A stretch of 64,000 nt of DNA from contig JAZTXG010000012.1 in assembly GCA_045636365.1 (NCBI GenBank), positions 6,559-70,558 on the forward strand, read 5' to 3'. Made by a program: the position numbers and the translations under genes. The notes beneath the pieces are model-generated. The model did not search any database and was not told where the DNA came from. It saw nothing but the letters and a program-made list of their open reading frames with translations. This DNA is from Eubacteriales bacterium. Lineage in GTDB: Bacteria > Bacillota > Clostridia > Oscillospirales > QAKW01. Of this stretch, positions 16,270 through 25,663 are shown in pieces (the first letter of the stretch is position 1; every line of letters begins with the position of its first letter).

Positions 16270-17052
16270 ATGCGTATTTTATGCTTGGGGGACGTGGTGT
16301 CCCAAAGCGGCATCACCGCCTTGGAAAAGGTATTGCCTCGCCTCAAAAGAGAATACCGCCCCGACCACATTTTGATTAACGGGGAGAACAGCGCTCTCGG
16401 CAACGGTATCGACCGCCGCAGCGCCGAAGCGTTGTTTGCCTTAGGCGCCGATGTTCTCACCGGCGGCAACCATTCCTTCCAGCGCAAGGATGCCGCCGAA
16501 ATTCACGAAGAATTCCCCTTCCTGCTCCGCCCCGCCAATTGGAGCGGCGACCCCTTCGGCCGCGGAAGCTGCCGCTTGGAAGGGACCCGCTATGACCTGC
16601 GGGTCATCTCCCTGCAGGGAACCCTTTATATGAGCAAATGCGAAAACCCCTTCCTTGCCTTGGAAGAGCTGCTCAAGGAGCAGACCCCGCGGGATATCAC
16701 CATTGTGGATTTCCACGCCGAAGCCACCGCTGAAAAGCAAGCGCTGGCGCGGCATTTCGACGGAAAGGTTTCCCTGATTTTCGGTAGCCACACCCATGTC
16801 CAGACCAACGATGCCCAGATCCTCCCCCAAGGGACAGGGTACCTTACCGACCTTGGAATGTGCGGTGCGCAGGAGAGCATTTTAGGCAAGGGCATCGAGC
16901 CCTGTGTCCATAATTTTATCGACCCCGAACATCGGATGAAGATTACCGATGCCGATGCGCCTTATATCATCAACGGCTTTCTGGCAGAAATCGACGAAAA
17001 AACCAAGCGCTGCACCAAAATTGAACTGATAAATCTGCGGGAAATCAATTGA
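16270..17052 (+). CDS. ymdB: YmdB-family metallophosphoesterase (2',3'-cyclic-nucleotide phosphodiesterase type).
   Basis: A 260-aa ORF. Motifs: MRILCLGDVVSQSG, INGENSALGNGI, GGNH, VDFHAEATAEK and GSHTHVQTND. It starts immediately after the upstream stop. Confidence 0.75.
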   Translation: MRILCLGDVVSQSGITALEKVLPRLKREYRPDHILINGENSALGNGIDRRSAEALFALGADVLTGGNHSFQRKDAAEIHEEFPFLLRPANWSGDPFGRGSCRLEGTRYDLRVISLQGTLYMSKCENPFLALEELLKEQTPRDITIVDFHAEATAEKQALARHFDGKVSLIFGSHTHVQTNDAQILPQGTGYLTDLGMCGAQESILGKGIEPCVHNFIDPEHRMKITDADAPYIINGFLAEIDEKTKRCTKIELINLREIN

Positions 17053-17116
17053 CAAACCACTGCCAATGTGTTAAAATTGCTTTTGTTCTGAAACCTTGCA
17101 ATAAGGAAACGAACAT

Positions 17117-17205
17117 GCCGGTGTGGCGGAACTGGCAGACGCCCGGGACTTAAAATCCCGTGGGTAGCGATACCCGTACCGGTTCGATCCCGGTCACCGG
17201 CACCA
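17117..17205 (+). tRNA. tRNA-Leu (anticodon UAA), class II with a long variable arm and an encoded CCA.
   Basis: Acceptor GCCGGTG/CACCGGC. Anticodon stem CGGGA/TCCCG with loop CTTAAAA (anticodon TAA). Variable arm TGGGTAGCGATACCCGTA. T-arm CCGGTTCGATCCCGG. The 3-prime end is ACCA. Confidence 0.9.
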
Positions 17206-17238
17206 AAAAAAGAGAACCCATTCGGGTTCTCTTTTTTT
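17206..17238 (+). terminator. Rho-independent terminator after tRNA-Leu.
   Basis: AGAGAACCCattcGGGTTCTCT followed by TTTTTT. Confidence 0.8.
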
Positions 17239-17244
17239 GTGTTT

Positions 17245-17409
17245 GTGTCTGCCAAGACACAACATCGTTTGACCGCTCGCGGTCAACATCATTTCGTGCA
17301 CCGCACGAACACCGTTTCTATACACAAAACGAGGTTGCCTAACGGCAAACAGTGTTGCGCCCTGCGCAAACGATGTGGGCTTTGCCCAACGATGTTGCGC
17401 TTCGCGCAA
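17245..17409. repeat. Tandem array of eight mini-hairpins (array B) between the tRNA-Leu terminator and gpsA.
   Basis: The units are GTGTCTgccaAGACAC, TTGACCGCtcGCGGTCAA, TTCGTGcaccgCACGAA, CGTTTctatacacaAAACG, GTTGCCtaacGGCAAC, TTGCGCcctGCGCAA, TGGGCtttGCCCA and TTGCGCttcGCGCAA. Flanks of the form (a/c)gatGTTG...CAAAcga recur, and the inner stems covary. Confidence 0.7.
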
Positions 17410-17487
17410 ATGAAACCGCCCACTTTGATTTGACTTTTTCAACAATCTTTTATATAATTATTAAAAATGCACCTCAGGAGAACATTT

Positions 17488-18465
17488 ATGGCAATTCATC
17501 CCAATAAAAAAGATATCTTTGTCATCGGCTGCGGGCGATGGGGAACCTTTATTGCTTGGTATCTGGATAAAATCGGGCATACTGTGGCACTCTACGGGCG
17601 GGAAAGCTCCGCGCGGATGCAAACGCTGATGGCCGAGCGCAAAAATGAGCAGCTCACCCTTTCCGACTCTATGGAGCTGACCACCGACCTGCGCGGTTGC
17701 CTGGATGCCGAGATTATCGTCATCTCCATCGGCGCGCAGCAGCTGGCGGATTTAGCGGAGCAGCTTCAATCCTTGGGATTGAGCGGCAAGACCATCGTCC
17801 TTTGCATGAAAGGGATCGAGATCGGCTCGGGGCGGCGGCTTTCGGAAATTTGCGCCGAGGCGCTGGCGCCCGCCAACAAGATCGCTGTCTGGCTGGGACC
17901 GGGGCATGTGCAGGAATTTTACCGCGGTGTTCCCAACTGCATGGTCATCGACAGCGAAGATGAGCAGGTAAAAGAGCAGCTGATCCAAGCCTTTTCGGGC
18001 GATCTGATCCGTTTTTACTACGGCACCGATCTGATCGGAAACGAGATCGGCGGCGCCGCCAAAAACGTCATCGGCATCGCAGCAGGAATGTTGGAAGGTG
18101 CCGGCCTTGGCTCCCTGAAGGGCGCCTTGATGGCGCGGGGGACGCGAGAGGTCGGGCGCTTGATCCAAGCCATGGGCGGGCAAGAAAACACCGCCTACGG
18201 TCTTTGCCATCTGGGCGACTACGAAGCCACCTTGTTCTCCCCCCACAGCCAAAATCTGGCCTTCGGAAGAGCCTTTATCCGCGGCGAGCAATACAGCAAA
18301 TTGGCAGAAGGATACTATACCGCCAAGGCGCTGAAGGAGCTTTCGGAAAAGTATCAGGTGGAACTGCCGATCTGCGAGGCGGTCTACCGCATTTTATATG
18401 ATAATACCAACCCCGACGAAATGCTGCAGCAGCTCTTCCGCCGCAGCCTGAAGAACGAATTTTGA
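17488..18465 (+). CDS. gpsA: NAD(P)H-dependent glycerol-3-phosphate dehydrogenase.
   Basis: ORF track 17467..18465. AGGAGAacatttATG favours a start at 17488. Motifs: FVIGCGRWGT Rossmann-like N-terminus, GAAKNVIGIAAG, and LCHLGDYEATLFSPHSQN. Confidence 0.8.
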   Translation: MAIHPNKKDIFVIGCGRWGTFIAWYLDKIGHTVALYGRESSARMQTLMAERKNEQLTLSDSMELTTDLRGCLDAEIIVISIGAQQLADLAEQLQSLGLSGKTIVLCMKGIEIGSGRRLSEICAEALAPANKIAVWLGPGHVQEFYRGVPNCMVIDSEDEQVKEQLIQAFSGDLIRFYYGTDLIGNEIGGAAKNVIGIAAGMLEGAGLGSLKGALMARGTREVGRLIQAMGGQENTAYGLCHLGDYEATLFSPHSQNLAFGRAFIRGEQYSKLAEGYYTAKALKELSEKYQVELPICEAVYRILYDNTNPDEMLQQLFRRSLKNEF

Positions 18466-18557
18466 TTTTTTGTTTACAATTCCTAACTAATATGTTATAT
18501 TAATATTTAATAGCTTTACAATTTTTTGGTATTAAAACCGTAAGGAAGGTCAAATAA

Positions 18558-20432
18558 ATGACAAAGAAATTTTCGTCTTGGTTTTCTGCTCCCATTCTGC
18601 AGAAAACAATCTTAGTGGTTTTATTGGATATTTTCTCCATCGCCGCCTCCTTTTTTATGGGGCTTTGGCTGCGGTTTGATTTCCGCTTCAATTCCATCAA
18701 TAAGCAATTCCTCGACGGCTACCTTTCCTCCATCCTCGTCTGGTGCGCTGTCGCGGTGGTGGTCTTTGCCTTTTTCCGGCTATACAACAGCATTTGGCTG
18801 TTTGTCAGCACCGATGAGTTTTTCCGCATATTGGGGGCCTACGGTGTTTTAGCCGCTGTGGGGCTGATTTATATCAACATTGTCGACCTGCAAATGCCCC
18901 GCTCTTATTTTGTTCTGGGGTTTGTGTTCAGCTTCTTCTGCACCATCGGGATCCGCTTTTCCTATCGATTGTTGCGGCTGATCGCCAAGCAATTTACCCA
19001 TTTCGGCGCAATGAACAAGAGCAAAAATATTATGCTGGTGGGCGCCGGTGAAGCAGGGCGGGTCTTAGCCAAGGAGTTTGCAGCAAGTTCCTATCTTCAT
19101 GGGCATATTGTCTGCGCCATCGACGATAATCCGGTCAAGCTCAATAAGCGGCTTTGCGGGATTCCCATTGTCGGCGGCAGGGATGAGATTCCTGCGGCGG
19201 TGGAAAAATATAAGATCGAAAAGATCATCTATGCCATTCCGTCCGGTTCTCCCGCCACCCGCAAAGAGATTTTGGATATCTGCACCAAAACCGGATGCGC
19301 TGTCCAAGCGCTGCCCGGTGTTTATCAGCTCATCAATGAAGAAGTCAGTGTCAGCCAGCTGCGGGATGTGGATGTGCAGGACCTGCTGGGCAGAGAGCCC
19401 ATCCGCGTTAATAACGATGAAATTTTAAGTTATGTCTCCGATAAAGTGGTTATGGTCACCGGCGGCGGTGGTTCCATCGGCAGCGAGCTTTGCCGCCAGA
19501 TCGCCCGCGCCAAGCCCAAAAAACTGATCATCTTTGATATCTACGAAAACAATGCTTACGATATTCAGTTGGAATTGCTTCGCAAATACCCCGACCTACA
19601 TCTGGAAGCGCTGATCGGTTCGGTGCGCAATACCGCGCGGTTGGATGATATTTTGGCCACCCATCGGCCCGAGTTGGTCTTCCACGCGGCCGCCCATAAG
19701 CATGTTCCTCTGATGGAGGACAGCCCCAACGAAGCCATCAAAAACAATGTCTTCGGCACCTTCAAAATGGCAAAAGCCGCCGCCAAATACGGCGTCAAGC
19801 GGTTTGTCCTGATCTCCACCGATAAGGCGGTCAACCCCACCAACATTATGGGCGCCTCCAAGCGGCTTTGCGAGATGGTGGTGCAGATGATGAACCGCAA
19901 GACCGAGACCGAATTTGTCGCGGTTCGGTTCGGCAACGTTTTGGGGAGCAACGGCAGCGTGATTCCGCTCTTTAAAAAGCAAATCGAAAAGGGCGGGCCG
20001 GTCACTGTTACCCACCCCGATATTATCCGCTATTTTATGACCATTCCCGAGGCGGTCAGCCTGGTTCTGCAGGCGGGCTACTATGCCAAGGGCGGTGAAA
20101 TCTTTGTTCTGGATATGGGCAAGCCGGTCAAGATCGATGCCATGGCGCGCAATTTGATCCGCCTTTCCGGTTTTGAGCCGGATGTGGATATCAAGGTCGA
20201 ATATACCGGCCTGCGCCCCGGCGAAAAGCTCTTTGAAGAGCTGCTGATGGAAGAAGAAGGCTTGCAGGAAACCAATAACAAGCTGATTCATATCGGCAAG
20301 CCCATCGAAATGGACGATGAGCTTTTTGCAAAACAGCTGGCTCTGCTGGAAAAAGCCTGCACCGGCGAATCCGCCGATATTAAAGAAATTGTGGCAAAAA
20401 TTGTCCCCACCTATAAACGAAACGAAGAATAA
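18558..20432 (+). CDS. capD: Membrane-bound polysaccharide biosynthesis protein, CapD/WbpM/PglF family (UDP-GlcNAc 4,6-dehydratase type).
   Basis: A 624-aa ORF with four N-terminal TM segments. Motifs: MVTGGGGSIGSELCRQI, HAAAHKHVPLME, STDKAVNPTNIMGASKR, and FGNVLGSNGSVIPLF. Confidence 0.85.
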   Translation: MTKKFSSWFSAPILQKTILVVLLDIFSIAASFFMGLWLRFDFRFNSINKQFLDGYLSSILVWCAVAVVVFAFFRLYNSIWLFVSTDEFFRILGAYGVLAAVGLIYINIVDLQMPRSYFVLGFVFSFFCTIGIRFSYRLLRLIAKQFTHFGAMNKSKNIMLVGAGEAGRVLAKEFAASSYLHGHIVCAIDDNPVKLNKRLCGIPIVGGRDEIPAAVEKYKIEKIIYAIPSGSPATRKEILDICTKTGCAVQALPGVYQLINEEVSVSQLRDVDVQDLLGREPIRVNNDEILSYVSDKVVMVTGGGGSIGSELCRQIARAKPKKLIIFDIYENNAYDIQLELLRKYPDLHLEALIGSVRNTARLDDILATHRPELVFHAAAHKHVPLMEDSPNEAIKNNVFGTFKMAKAAAKYGVKRFVLISTDKAVNPTNIMGASKRLCEMVVQMMNRKTETEFVAVRFGNVLGSNGSVIPLFKKQIEKGGPVTVTHPDIIRYFMTIPEAVSLVLQAGYYAKGGEIFVLDMGKPVKIDAMARNLIRLSGFEPDVDIKVEYTGLRPGEKLFEELLMEEEGLQETNNKLIHIGKPIEMDDELFAKQLALLEKACTGESADIKEIVAKIVPTYKRNEE

Positions 20433-20436
20433 ACCA

Positions 20437-20466
20437 AAAGCCGAGATGCAAAAGCATCTCGGCTTT
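20437..20466. terminator. Bidirectional terminator between the convergent capD-like and 2-epimerase genes.
   Basis: AAAGCCGAGATGCaaaaGCATCTCGGCTTT. Confidence 0.75.
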
Positions 20467-20470
20467 ATTA

Positions 20471-21577
20471 TTATATCTCGGTCTTGCCAAATTCTAAAAT
20501 GTCGGCAATGCGGCGGGATGCCTTTCCGTCGCCATAAGGGTTGCTGGCTTCCGCCATCGCCGCATAAGCGGCGGGGTCTTCCAGCAGCAGCTTAAAGTTG
20601 CTGTAGATCACCTCTTCGTCGGTACCCACCAATTTCAGGGTCCCCGCGGCGATGCCTTCGGGGCGCTCGGTGGTATCCCGCATCACCAAAACCGGCTTAC
20701 CTAAAGAGGGTGCTTCCTCCTGAATCCCGCCCGAATCGGTGAGGATCATATAGCTGCGCGCCATAATATTATGGCAATCCAACACCTCCAGCGGCTCAAT
20801 AATATGGATGCGGTCGCATCCGCCCAGCTCCTCCTCCGCTGCTGCGCGGACAATCGGGTTCATATGAATGGGGTAGAGCGCTTTGACATCGGGATGCTCC
20901 TCCAACACTCTGCGGATGGCGCGGAACATCTGGTGCATCGGCTCGCCCAGATTTTCGCGGCGATGGGCGGTAATCAAAATCAGGCGGCTGTCTTTGGCCC
21001 AATCCAGCTCGGGATGGGTGAAATCCTCCCGCACCGTGGTCTGCAACGCGTCGATGGCGGTGTTGCCTGTGACATAAATGTTCTCGGCGGGGCGCCCTTC
21101 ATTGAGCAGGTTTTCCTTCGCCTTCGGGGTGGGCGCAAAATTGTAGCGAGAGACGATGGAGACCGCCTGCCGATTGAATTCCTCGGGGAAGGGGCTATAA
21201 ATATCATAGGTCCGCAAGCCCGCTTCCACATGCCCGACCGGAATCTGCAGATAGAAGCACGCCAGCGCGGTGACAAAGGTGGTAGAGGTGTCGCCGTGGA
21301 CCAAAACCACATCGGGAGCGACTTCTTCCAGCACACCCTTGATCCGCTCTAAAATATTGGTAGTAATATCAAACAGCGTCTGCTTTGCCTTCATGATCGA
21401 AAGGTCATAATCGGGCACCACATCAAACGCTTCCAACACCTGCGTCAGCATCTCGCGGTGCTGACCGGTGACGCAAACGATGGTTTCCAGCCCCTTGCGC
21501 TTTTTCAGCTCATTGACCAAAGGGCACATTTTAATTGCTTCGGGACGCGTCCCGAAGACAAGCATGACTTTTTTCAT
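20471..21577 (-). CDS. wecB: UDP-N-acetylglucosamine 2-epimerase (non-hydrolysing), WecB/MnaA/CapP type.
   Basis: ORF track 20471..21610. The likely start is MKKVMLVFGTRPEAIKM at 21577. Motifs: VHGDTSTT, HVEAGLRT, and DSGGIQEEAPSLGKPVLVMR. Confidence 0.85.
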   Translation of the reverse strand: MKKVMLVFGTRPEAIKMCPLVNELKKRKGLETIVCVTGQHREMLTQVLEAFDVVPDYDLSIMKAKQTLFDITTNILERIKGVLEEVAPDVVLVHGDTSTTFVTALACFYLQIPVGHVEAGLRTYDIYSPFPEEFNRQAVSIVSRYNFAPTPKAKENLLNEGRPAENIYVTGNTAIDALQTTVREDFTHPELDWAKDSRLILITAHRRENLGEPMHQMFRAIRRVLEEHPDVKALYPIHMNPIVRAAAEEELGGCDRIHIIEPLEVLDCHNIMARSYMILTDSGGIQEEAPSLGKPVLVMRDTTERPEGIAAGTLKLVGTDEEVIYSNFKLLLEDPAAYAAMAEASNPYGDGKASRRIADILEFGKTEI

Positions 21578-21794
21578 ATCCTTATTTCTCCGTCGTCGAA
21601 ATGAAATCATATATAGGCATTATAGCAATTTTTGTAATTAAAGTCAAATGATATTCATAAAAACTGTATACTATATTATATAGATTATAATTATATAAAT
21701 AAATGTTGCAATAAATGTTGACTTATGATACAATTTACTCATAATGTATCATTGCGTCTTTTTTGACCTTATTATCGACATGGAGGGGATTTCT

Positions 21795-22412
21795 ATGTAT
21801 CAAAAATTTTTCAAGCGCATCATCGATCTGATCGTTTCCGGCCTTGGAATCTTAATCCTTTCGCCGATCCTTTTAATATTAGTGATCGTCATCAAATTGG
21901 ATTCCCCCGGCCCGATTTTATTCAAGCAAAAGCGCGTGGGGTTGCACAAAAAGCATTTCAACATTTTGAAATTCCGCACCATGCGGATCGATACCCCCAA
22001 GGATACCCCCACCCATCTGCTGGAAAACCCCGAGCAATGGATCACCAAAGTGGGCGGCTTCCTGCGTAAGACCAGCCTGGATGAACTGCCCCAGATCTTC
22101 AATATTTTTGCAGGGCAGATGTCCATCATCGGTCCCCGCCCTGCCCTTTGGAACCAATACGACCTGATTGAAGAGCGGGACCAATACGGCGCCAACGATG
22201 TGCTTCCCGGTCTGACCGGCTGGGCGCAGATCAACGGGCGGGATGAGCTGGAAATCCCGGTCAAAGCCAAGCTGGACGGCGAATATGTCCAAAAAATGAG
22301 CCTTTGGTTCGATATCAAGTGCTTCTTCGGCACCATCGCTTCGGTTTTGAAGAGCGACGGTGTGGTGGAAGGCGGAACCGGCCAAATGGAAAAGGAGAAT
22401 TCTAAGGAATGA
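21795..22412 (+). CDS. Small monotopic phosphoglycosyl transferase (bacterial sugar transferase, PglC/CapM type), the initiating enzyme.
   Basis: ORF track 21744..22412. GGAGGGgatttctATG places the start at 21795. Motifs: KRIIDLIVSGLGILILSPILL re-entrant helix, LFKQKRVG, KFRTM, DELPQ and GPRP. Confidence 0.85.
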   Translation: MYQKFFKRIIDLIVSGLGILILSPILLILVIVIKLDSPGPILFKQKRVGLHKKHFNILKFRTMRIDTPKDTPTHLLENPEQWITKVGGFLRKTSLDELPQIFNIFAGQMSIIGPRPALWNQYDLIEERDQYGANDVLPGLTGWAQINGRDELEIPVKAKLDGEYVQKMSLWFDIKCFFGTIASVLKSDGVVEGGTGQMEKENSKE

Positions 22413-23287
22413 AGAAAATCCTGATTACCGGCGCCAATAGCTATATTGGTACATCCTTTGAAAACTATATGGCTCAATGGCCCGATCAATACCAAATCGA
22501 TACCGTTGATATGATCGACGGCAGCTGGCGGGAGAAAAGCTTTGCCGGCTACGATGCCATCTTCCATGTGGCAGGAATTGCTCATTCCGATACCGGCAAT
22601 GTTTCGGAAGAGCGCAAGGCGTTTTATTATAAAATCAATACCGACCTCACCATCGAGACCGCCCAAAAGGCAAAGGCAGAGGGTGTCGGTCAGTTTATCT
22701 TTATGAGCAGCGCCATCGTTTACGGCGATAGCGCGCCCATCGGCAAAGAAAAAATCATCACCGCCGAGACCCCCACCGCTCCCGCCAATTTCTATGGCGA
22801 CAGCAAGGTGCAGGCGGAAAACGGCATCCTTCCCTTAAACGATGCATCGTTTAAAGTGGTTGTCCTGCGGCCGCCGATGATCTATGGGCCCCAAAGCAAA
22901 GGCAATTATCCCATTCTTGCTAAATTGGCGCAAAAGCTACCCATCTTCCCCGCAGTGCAAAACCGGCGCTCGATGCTGTTTGTCGAAAATCTGGCCGAGT
23001 TCATCCGCCTGATGGTCGAGAACAACGAAAGCGGTATTTTCCATCCCCAAAACAATGAATATTCCAATACCGCGGAGCTGGTCAAGCTCATCGCTGCCGC
23101 CCATGGAAAAAAGATTTTGTTGATCAAAGGCTTCGGCTGGGCGTTGAAATTAATGAGCCGCTGCACCGGTCTGGTCAATAAAGCCTTCGGCAGTTTATCC
23201 TACGACTCTTCCATCAGCGCATATCAGCAAGACTATTGCGTCTGCTCGCTGGGAGAATCCATCCAAAAAACCGAGGAATGCAAATGA
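22409..23287 (+). CDS. NAD-dependent epimerase/dehydratase family protein (CapN-like).
   Basis: A 292-aa ORF. Motifs: ILITGANSYIG and YGDSK (the YxxxK motif). It overlaps the upstream gene by 4 nt. Confidence 0.75.
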   Translation: MKKILITGANSYIGTSFENYMAQWPDQYQIDTVDMIDGSWREKSFAGYDAIFHVAGIAHSDTGNVSEERKAFYYKINTDLTIETAQKAKAEGVGQFIFMSSAIVYGDSAPIGKEKIITAETPTAPANFYGDSKVQAENGILPLNDASFKVVVLRPPMIYGPQSKGNYPILAKLAQKLPIFPAVQNRRSMLFVENLAEFIRLMVENNESGIFHPQNNEYSNTAELVKLIAAAHGKKILLIKGFGWALKLMSRCTGLVNKAFGSLSYDSSISAYQQDYCVCSLGESIQKTEECK

Positions 23288-24468
23288 AGATTTTAGTCTT
23301 TTCTCAATACTTTTATCCCGAAAATTTCCGCATCAATACCCTCTGCAAAGAGTTGGTCGCGCGGGGAAATGAAGTGACGGTCGTCACCGGTTATCCCCAA
23401 TATCCCATCGGCGAGATCTACGAAGGGTATGGTTTTGACCTCCCTTATGAAAAAGAATGGAACGGCGTAAAGATCGAACGTGTTAAGGTCCACCCGCGCG
23501 GTCATAACGCTTTGGGATTGCTTCGCAACTGCATTGACTATGTGGTAGCGGGCAACCGCTGGGTGCGGCAGTGTACCGAAAAATTCGACGCTGTTTTCGT
23601 ATTTGAAGTTTCTCCGGTGACTGTCGGCTTGCCTGCGGTTACCTATAAAAAGAAATTTGGTACTCCCATCTTTTTCAATCTTCAGGACCTCTGGCCCGAA
23701 AATGTCCACGAAGTGCTGGGGCTTCGCTTCCCGCCGCTCACCTGGGTAATCAATAAAATTGTGGACAAGATTTATACCAACAGCGATAAAATTCTTTGCG
23801 CATCCAACGGATTTGTCAAAAATCTCAAGGAGCGCGGTGTGCCGGATGAAAAACTGATCTTTTGGCCGCAATTTTGCCCCGAACCCAATTTTGAAGGGGT
23901 TTCAAAGCCCGAGATCTATTCCGATGAGCAGTTCAACATGGTCTTTACCGGCAACATCGGCGATGCCCAAGGGCTGGATTTAATGATCGAGGCCGCCAAA
24001 GAACTCAAGGGCCGCGGCATCCGCTGGCATCTGGTGGGCGATGGGCGCGCGAAAGAACGGCTACAAAAGCTCGCCGAAGAATATCAAGTGACCGACGAAG
24101 TCCGCTTTGTCGGGCGGGTGAGCGAAGAAGAGGCCAACCGCTATGTTCATTTTGCCGATTGCGCCTATCTTTCTTTCCAAGATAATGTCCTCTTTAATAT
24201 GACGCTTCCCGCCAAGCTCCAGACCTATCTGGCCTGCGGCGCCCCGATTCTGGCGGCTGCCGGCGGCGAAAGCGCCGAACTGATCGAATCGGTGCAATGC
24301 GGCATTGCCACCCCACCCCGATTAAAGGAACTTACTGCGGCCGTTGAAAAAATGCTCGCTCTTTCAACGGAAGAGAAAAAAGCTTTTTCCATCAACGCCA
24401 TCAATCACTATCAAAAGAATTTCACTCTCAGCCAATTGGCAGATGCGCTTGAATCTATGATGCAATAA
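23284..24468 (+). CDS. GT4 glycosyltransferase, WbuB/CapL-like (candidate L-FucNAc transferase).
   Basis: ORF track 23236..24468. GAGGAAtgcaaATG favours a start at 23284. The N-terminus MKILVFSQYFYPENFRINTLCKELVARGNEVTVVTGYPQYP is typical of the WbuB/WcaI-type subfamily. Confidence 0.75.
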   Translation: MKILVFSQYFYPENFRINTLCKELVARGNEVTVVTGYPQYPIGEIYEGYGFDLPYEKEWNGVKIERVKVHPRGHNALGLLRNCIDYVVAGNRWVRQCTEKFDAVFVFEVSPVTVGLPAVTYKKKFGTPIFFNLQDLWPENVHEVLGLRFPPLTWVINKIVDKIYTNSDKILCASNGFVKNLKERGVPDEKLIFWPQFCPEPNFEGVSKPEIYSDEQFNMVFTGNIGDAQGLDLMIEAAKELKGRGIRWHLVGDGRAKERLQKLAEEYQVTDEVRFVGRVSEEEANRYVHFADCAYLSFQDNVLFNMTLPAKLQTYLACGAPILAAAGGESAELIESVQCGIATPPRLKELTAAVEKMLALSTEEKKAFSINAINHYQKNFTLSQLADALESMMQ

Positions 24469-24477
24469 GGAGTCTTT

Positions 24478-25596
24478 ATGAACGTATTGTTGATCAATTC
24501 CGTCTGCGGCATCGGCAGCACCGGCAAAATCTGCGGTGCCATTGCTCAAGCCTACGAACAAGACGGTCATACGGTTAAAATCGCCTACGGGCGCGATCCC
24601 TTTGTTCCCGAACAATTTAAAAAGTTTGCCGTTCGCATCGGAAGCGATCTCGATGTTAAGCTCCACGCGCTGCGTACCCGCCTATTCGACGATCACGGAT
24701 TTGGCTCCAAAGCGGCCACAAAGAAATTCTTAAAATGGGCGGAGGAATTTAACCCCGATATTCTTTGGCTCCATAACATCCATGGTTATTATATCCATAT
24801 CGGCTTGCTTTTCGATTGGATCAAATCCCGCCCGCAGATGCAAGTCCGATGGACCCTGCACGATTGCTGGGCGTTCACCGGCCATTGCTCCCATTTTTCT
24901 TTTGTTCAATGCGATAAATGGAAAGGCGAATGTCGGCAGTGCTGCCAAAAGAAGGAATATCCTTCCAGCGCCTTGGCCGACCGCAGCCGCAAAAATTATC
25001 TCGATAAAAAGCGGCTGTTCACCGGTGTGAAAAATATGACCATCATCACGCCCTCCCAATGGCTTGCCGATCTGGTGGGGCAAAGCTTTTTGAAAGAATA
25101 TCCCGTTGAAGTTCAGTATAACGAGATCGACCGAGAGATCTTCAAGCCCACCCCGAGCGATTTCCGCGAAAGATACGGCTTATCTGATAAAAAAATCATT
25201 CTGGGCGTTTCGAACGTATGGACCGACCGAAAAGGGCTTTTTGATTTTTATGAACTTTCAAAAAAATTAAGCTCCGAATTCAAAATTGTTTTGGTGGGGC
25301 TTTCCGAGCAACAAATCGACGCGCTTCCCTCTGATATTTTAGGGCTTCCCCGCACCACCAGCGCTGAGGAATTGGCGGAGATCTATTCTGCCGCCGATCT
25401 GTTTGTCAACCCCAGCCGCGAGGAAACCTTCGGGCTGACCACATTAGAGGCTCTCGCCTGCGGCACGCCCGCCATTGTTTATAAAGGAACCGCCGGCGAT
25501 GAAATTATAGCCAAGCACGGCGGAAGCGCGGTGGATTTCAGCATCGATTCCCTTTACGCCGAAATCATCCGCCAACAAAACGAACAAGCCGAGTGA
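24478..25596 (+). CDS. Glycosyltransferase (GT1/GT4 fold) with a Cys-rich insertion.
   Basis: A 372-aa ORF. RBS TAAGGAG. The C-terminal motif is NPSREETFGLTTLEALACGTPAIV. The insertion is HDCWAFTGHCSHFSFVQCDKWKGECRQCCQ. Confidence 0.7.
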   Translation: MNVLLINSVCGIGSTGKICGAIAQAYEQDGHTVKIAYGRDPFVPEQFKKFAVRIGSDLDVKLHALRTRLFDDHGFGSKAATKKFLKWAEEFNPDILWLHNIHGYYIHIGLLFDWIKSRPQMQVRWTLHDCWAFTGHCSHFSFVQCDKWKGECRQCCQKKEYPSSALADRSRKNYLDKKRLFTGVKNMTIITPSQWLADLVGQSFLKEYPVEVQYNEIDREIFKPTPSDFRERYGLSDKKIILGVSNVWTDRKGLFDFYELSKKLSSEFKIVLVGLSEQQIDALPSDILGLPRTTSAEELAEIYSAADLFVNPSREETFGLTTLEALACGTPAIVYKGTAGDEIIAKHGGSAVDFSIDSLYAEIIRQQNEQAE

Positions 25597-25663
25597 CTGC
25601 AAAAACAAGCCATACAAAAAATATTTAGATCTTTATAAATCGCCTTGCTCAAGGAGAACTCTT

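Noticed and set aside
17117-17460. tRNA-Leu as an integration site for a genomic island or prophage.
   Set aside because: I saw no integrase, no direct repeat of the tRNA 3-prime end downstream, and the flanking genes (ymdB, gpsA) are housekeeping. The downstream glycan locus starts only after gpsA.
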